Part shown: piece after piece, positions 7,439 through 10,404 of the stretch
How positions within the stretch are numbered: position 1 is the first letter of the stretch
How the letters are laid out: every line of letters begins with the position of its first letter
Assembly (NCBI GenBank): GCA_964453345.1
Contig: CAYVOC010000007.1
Location: forward strand, 37,616 to 48,019
DNA: 10,404 nt
Direction: 5' to 3'
DNA from: an uncultured Aquificales bacterium
GTDB lineage: Bacteria > Thermosulfidibacterota > Thermosulfidibacteria > Thermosulfidibacterales > Thermosulfidibacteraceae
Position numbers and translations under genes: made by a program
The notes under the pieces: generated by a model
Database searches by the model: none
Told to the model about the DNA's origin: nothing
The model's input: the letters and a program-made list of their open reading frames with translations, nothing else

Positions 7439-8796
7439 CAATCAAACACCTCCATGGCCTCCGTTATATTGCCCACAGGCAACAGCTCAACCTTAAGCTT
7501 TTTTAGTTTTTCCTTGTTTATTTTACCCTTAAAGGAGCGGGGAATCAAAGCCCTTTCAATGCCCATTGCATCGGCCTCCGCCAGCCTCAGCTCAAGGTCC
7601 CTAACCCATCTGATCTCGCCCGCAAGCCCCACCTCACCCACAAACAGGGTGCTTTTTTCGGGGACTCTGTTGACAAAGCTTGAATAGACAGCGGCAACAA
7701 CCGCAAGATCAACGGAGGTGTCCCTGATCATTAGACCGCCCGGAATGTTGAGATACACGTCCATTCCCGCAAAGGAGATACCCAGATGCTTCTCCATGAC
7801 GGCGAGGATAAAAAAGAGCCTCTTTATGTCAAACATGGACGCCACCCTTCTTGCGGCCGCAGGGTGAACGGAAGGGGCGACAAGGGCCTGCACCTCAACC
7901 AGAAGGGCCCTCGTTCCCTCAACCACCGATGAAAGAACCACCCCGGGCTTGCCCAGCGCCTCCTCCTCAATCAGGTAGCGAGAGGGATCCTCAACCTCAA
8001 CAAGCCCGGAGGACGTCATCTCAAATAGGACAACATTGTCGGTGGGGCCGAACCTGTTCTTCACACACTTCATTACCCTGAGGGGGGATCTCCTGTCTCC
8101 CTCAAGGTAGATCACCACATCAACAATGTGCTCAAGAAGCTTTGGCCCGGCAATAGTTCCAGATTTGGTTATATGCCCCACAAGAAAGACTATCACCCCC
8201 TTGGTCTTTGCCAGCTCAACCAGCCTCTCGGCAACCATCCTCACCTGGGAGGGACTGCCCGGCAGGGCCTCCTCCCCCGATACCCTGAAGGTCTGAACGG
8301 AATCCACAATCAACAGCCTGCAATCAAGCCTCTCGGCCGCCTCCAAGACATCCTCAAGGTTCTGGGTGGCCACAAACCACACATCCTCAACCCCCACCCT
8401 CTTAGCCCTGTCGGAAACCTGAAAGGCCGTCTCCTCACCGCTTGCGTAAAGCACAGGTATCCGATCCTCAAAGAGGGAGGGCAGTTGCATGAGGAGGGTG
8501 GACTTCCCTATACCCGGCTCACCTGAAAGCAGAATCACGGACCCTGAAGCGAGCCCACCGCCAAAAAACTGGTTCAGCTGCTTGGAGTTCAGCCTGAGGC
8601 GCTCTACAGATCCGAAGCTTACCTCAGAAAGCCTTACCGGATCGGAGGTTCCCCTGCGGGTCCCGCCACCCTTCGCCCTTGCCCTCTCAGTGCTCTTTTC
8701 CCTGAAGCTTCCCCAGGATCCACAGGATGGGCATCTTCCCATCCACTTTGCAGACTCATAGCCGCACTCCGAGCAGACAAACCCTCCCGACGACAT
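7438..8796 (-). CDS. radA: DNA repair protein RadA/Sms
   Basis: 452 aa ORF with C4 zinc finger CSECG..KWMGRCPSC, Walker A GEPGIGKST, Walker B LIVDSVQT, GHITKSG.IAGPKLLEHIVD, the KNRFG motif and a Lon-like C-terminal domain (GEVGLAGEIR). Confidence 0.97.
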   Translation of the reverse strand: MSSGGFVCSECGYESAKWMGRCPSCGSWGSFREKSTERARAKGGGTRRGTSDPVRLSEVSFGSVERLRLNSKQLNQFFGGGLASGSVILLSGEPGIGKSTLLMQLPSLFEDRIPVLYASGEETAFQVSDRAKRVGVEDVWFVATQNLEDVLEAAERLDCRLLIVDSVQTFRVSGEEALPGSPSQVRMVAERLVELAKTKGVIVFLVGHITKSGTIAGPKLLEHIVDVVIYLEGDRRSPLRVMKCVKNRFGPTDNVVLFEMTSSGLVEVEDPSRYLIEEEALGKPGVVLSSVVEGTRALLVEVQALVAPSVHPAAARRVASMFDIKRLFFILAVMEKHLGISFAGMDVYLNIPGGLMIRDTSVDLAVVAAVYSSFVNRVPEKSTLFVGEVGLAGEIRWVRDLELRLAEADAMGIERALIPRSFKGKINKEKLKKLKVELLPVGNITEAMEVFD

Positions 8797-8802
8797 AGCA
8801 CC

Positions 8803-10335
8803 TCACTTCTTCACGGGAAGACTCCCGCCAAAGAGCAGGTATTTCAGATCCTCATCCGTGACCCTCATGCCGGCACCCACAAAGAAGGTGGAAAACTTGG
8901 AGTTGAAGATATCGTCCCACCCCGCCTCAACAAAGAAGGGCTTCCAGAACTTATACTGCAGCGTAACCCTCGCCCTGGGATTGCCGTGGTCGCTGTATTC
9001 CCCGGAGAAGTCCCAGAGATCTAAACTCGCAACAAGGGTGTCGTCCTGGAAATACTTGTAGTCGAAGCCCACACCGGCCGTGGAATCCTTAATCCCCACC
9101 CTGACATCCAGATCCGGAAACAGACCTATACCGTATTGTGCGGTAAACTTAAGCTTCCTCTCGTATTTCACCCTCCTGTAGGAGTGGGTCTGCCCATCCA
9201 CAACGTAATACCTTCTCTCTTCATCGTAATCGCCCCTGGGGTCGGAAGTCACCCCCAGAACGTAGAATCTATCCTCCCTGGGCTGTATCCTCACGGTGAA
9301 GTAACCGTAGCTGTTGCCCGGCTCACTGGAGTAGGAGTATCTCTTGCCGAGATCCCTGAACATATAATCGCCCTTAAATTCAAGGGTCAGCTTGGTTCTG
9401 CGAACCCTCTCAGCCCCCTCCTTCATGGTATCCAAGGTCTCCTTCAGATCCTCGTATACATCCTCCTTCTTCACAAGCTTGCCTATGGTTCCCTTGCCCT
9501 TGGCTATATCAGAGGTTATGGCGCTTATGTTGCTGGAGGCCTTCCTCAGCTCCGCAATGGTCCTCTTCAGATCCCTTCTCGTTGAGGACTCAGCCAGCGT
9601 GTCCGAAATCTTCTCTAAATTATCGGCGATCTCAGGAAGCCTTCTGGAAAAACGGTCGAGATTTGCCATTATGGAGGAAACATTCCTCTTGTTGGTTTCA
9701 ACAAGCTGAGCAAGCGTCCTTGTTAGCCTCTCCGTATTTTCCACTATCGCATTTATCTTGCCCTGATTCTCAACAGAGAGCCTCGCCAAGGACTCCGTCA
9801 ACCTGCGGAGATTGGCTATGGTCTCCCTTATATTCCTCTCCCCCTCGGGAGTCCCTATGCTGTTCTTAAGGCTGTTGGTCACCGCCTTGAGATCCTTAGC
9901 TATATCAGAAAGCTGTGCTATCAGATAATCAGCATCAGCGGGGGAAACTCCCTCCCCGAGACTCTCCCCTGCCGCAAGATACCCCCTGTCCGGTGTTCCC
10001 CCCACTATCTCAATATACTTCTCGCCCATAAGCCCCATGGTCCTTATGACGGCAGTGGCATCCTTGGGTATCTTTACCCCTTCCTTTATCCACAGAACCA
10101 CCTCGGCCTTTGTCCCTTTAAGCCTTATCTCCTCCACATGCCCCACATCCACTCCCGCTATCTTCACAAGGGCCTTCCTTTCAAGGCCCGAAACGCTGTC
10201 AAAATAGACCCTTACCGTGTATCCCCTCCTGCTTCCTATGCTTATGTTTCCGAAGGTGAAGGTAAGGTAGGCCAGAACAAGAAGGCCGGCAAAAACAAAG
10301 AGCCCAACCTTTACCTCAGGGCGCAGACCATCCAT
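8803..10335 (-). CDS. mlaD: MCE/MlaD family protein with long helical stalk and C-terminal beta-rich (putative outer-membrane barrel) domain
   Basis: The probable start is ATG 10335 ([21 protein letters not shown] 7 nt upstream), giving 510 aa. It has one N-terminal TM helix, an MCE domain ([23 protein letters not shown]...[14 protein letters not shown]), about 180 aa of amphipathic helix (including [10 protein letters not shown]) and about 197 aa of aromatic/Gly-rich beta strands. Confidence 0.88.
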   Translation of the reverse strand: MDGLRPEVKVGLFVFAGLLVLAYLTFTFGNISIGSRRGYTVRVYFDSVSGLERKALVKIAGVDVGHVEEIRLKGTKAEVVLWIKEGVKIPKDATAVIRTMGLMGEKYIEIVGGTPDRGYLAAGESLGEGVSPADADYLIAQLSDIAKDLKAVTNSLKNSIGTPEGERNIRETIANLRRLTESLARLSVENQGKINAIVENTERLTRTLAQLVETNKRNVSSIMANLDRFSRRLPEIADNLEKISDTLAESSTRRDLKRTIAELRKASSNISAITSDIAKGKGTIGKLVKKEDVYEDLKETLDTMKEGAERVRRTKLTLEFKGDYMFRDLGKRYSYSSEPGNSYGYFTVRIQPREDRFYVLGVTSDPRGDYDEERRYYVVDGQTHSYRRVKYERKLKFTAQYGIGLFPDLDVRVGIKDSTAGVGFDYKYFQDDTLVASLDLWDFSGEYSDHGNPRARVTLQYKFWKPFFVEAGWDDIFNSKFSTFFVGAGMRVTDEDLKYLLFGGSLPVKK

Positions 10336-10342
10336 GCAAAAA

Positions 10343-10347
10343 CCTCC
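10343..10347 (-). promoter_or_regulatory. Shine-Dalgarno site for mlaD
   Basis: The minus strand reads TTCGGAGGTTTTTGC-ATG, with GGAGG 7 nt before ATG 10335. Confidence 0.7.
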
Positions 10348-10372
10348 GAAGGGCACATCAAACCTTTTGCTA

Positions 10373-10401
10373 AATATCCTACAGGCCAGGGGGAAAATCA
10401 A
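10373..10401 (-). promoter_or_regulatory. Possible sigma70-type promoter for the operon
   Basis: The minus strand has TTGATT-N17-GATATT, about 37 nt upstream of the mlaD ATG. Each box matches consensus at only 4 of 6 positions, and the site lies at the window edge. Confidence 0.25.
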
Positions 10402-10404
10402 GAA

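Noticed and set aside
7438..7950. Lon-protease-like C-terminal region of RadA with a Ser in DTSVDLA, considered as an active protease
   Set aside because: This domain is standard in RadA/Sms and is regarded as non-proteolytic. Nothing here departs from the family norm.
10336..10401. 22-codon N-terminal extension of mlaD from TTG 10401 in the ORF track
   Set aside because: ATG 10335 has a good SD and gives the typical MlaD N-terminus (E.KVGLFV). The extension includes the SD itself.
1..10404. CRISPR arrays, tRNA/rRNA, riboswitches, IS elements and intrinsic terminators
   Set aside because: The window is almost entirely coding. By eye I found no repeat-spacer periodicity, transposase or integrase motifs, or hairpin-polyU in the very short intergenic gaps.

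Overview
Ten protein-coding genes, all on the minus strand, are packed with gaps of 10 nt or less or with overlaps, consistent with one long operon. In transcription order they are: a long MCE/MlaD protein with a helical stalk and beta-rich C-terminus, radA, carD, a membrane PIN/TRAM protein (YacL family), fused ispDF, a PAS-PAS-GGDEF(degenerate)-EAL protein, a tandem HD/HD-GYP protein, a putative RHH-like antitoxin, a VapC-like PIN toxin and exodeoxyribonuclease III (xth). The radA-carD-yacL-ispD-ispF core resembles the known Firmicutes-type cluster but has no disA. A cyclic-dinucleotide phosphodiesterase pair and a vapBC-like pair are coupled directly behind ispDF. E/K/R-rich proteins and frequent AGG/AGA/ATA codons suggest a thermophile, and the MlaD architecture suggests a diderm envelope (both inference). 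I saw no RNA genes, CRISPR arrays or mobile elements. All genes belong to known families, so any novelty lies in domain variants and gene context rather than a clearly new system.
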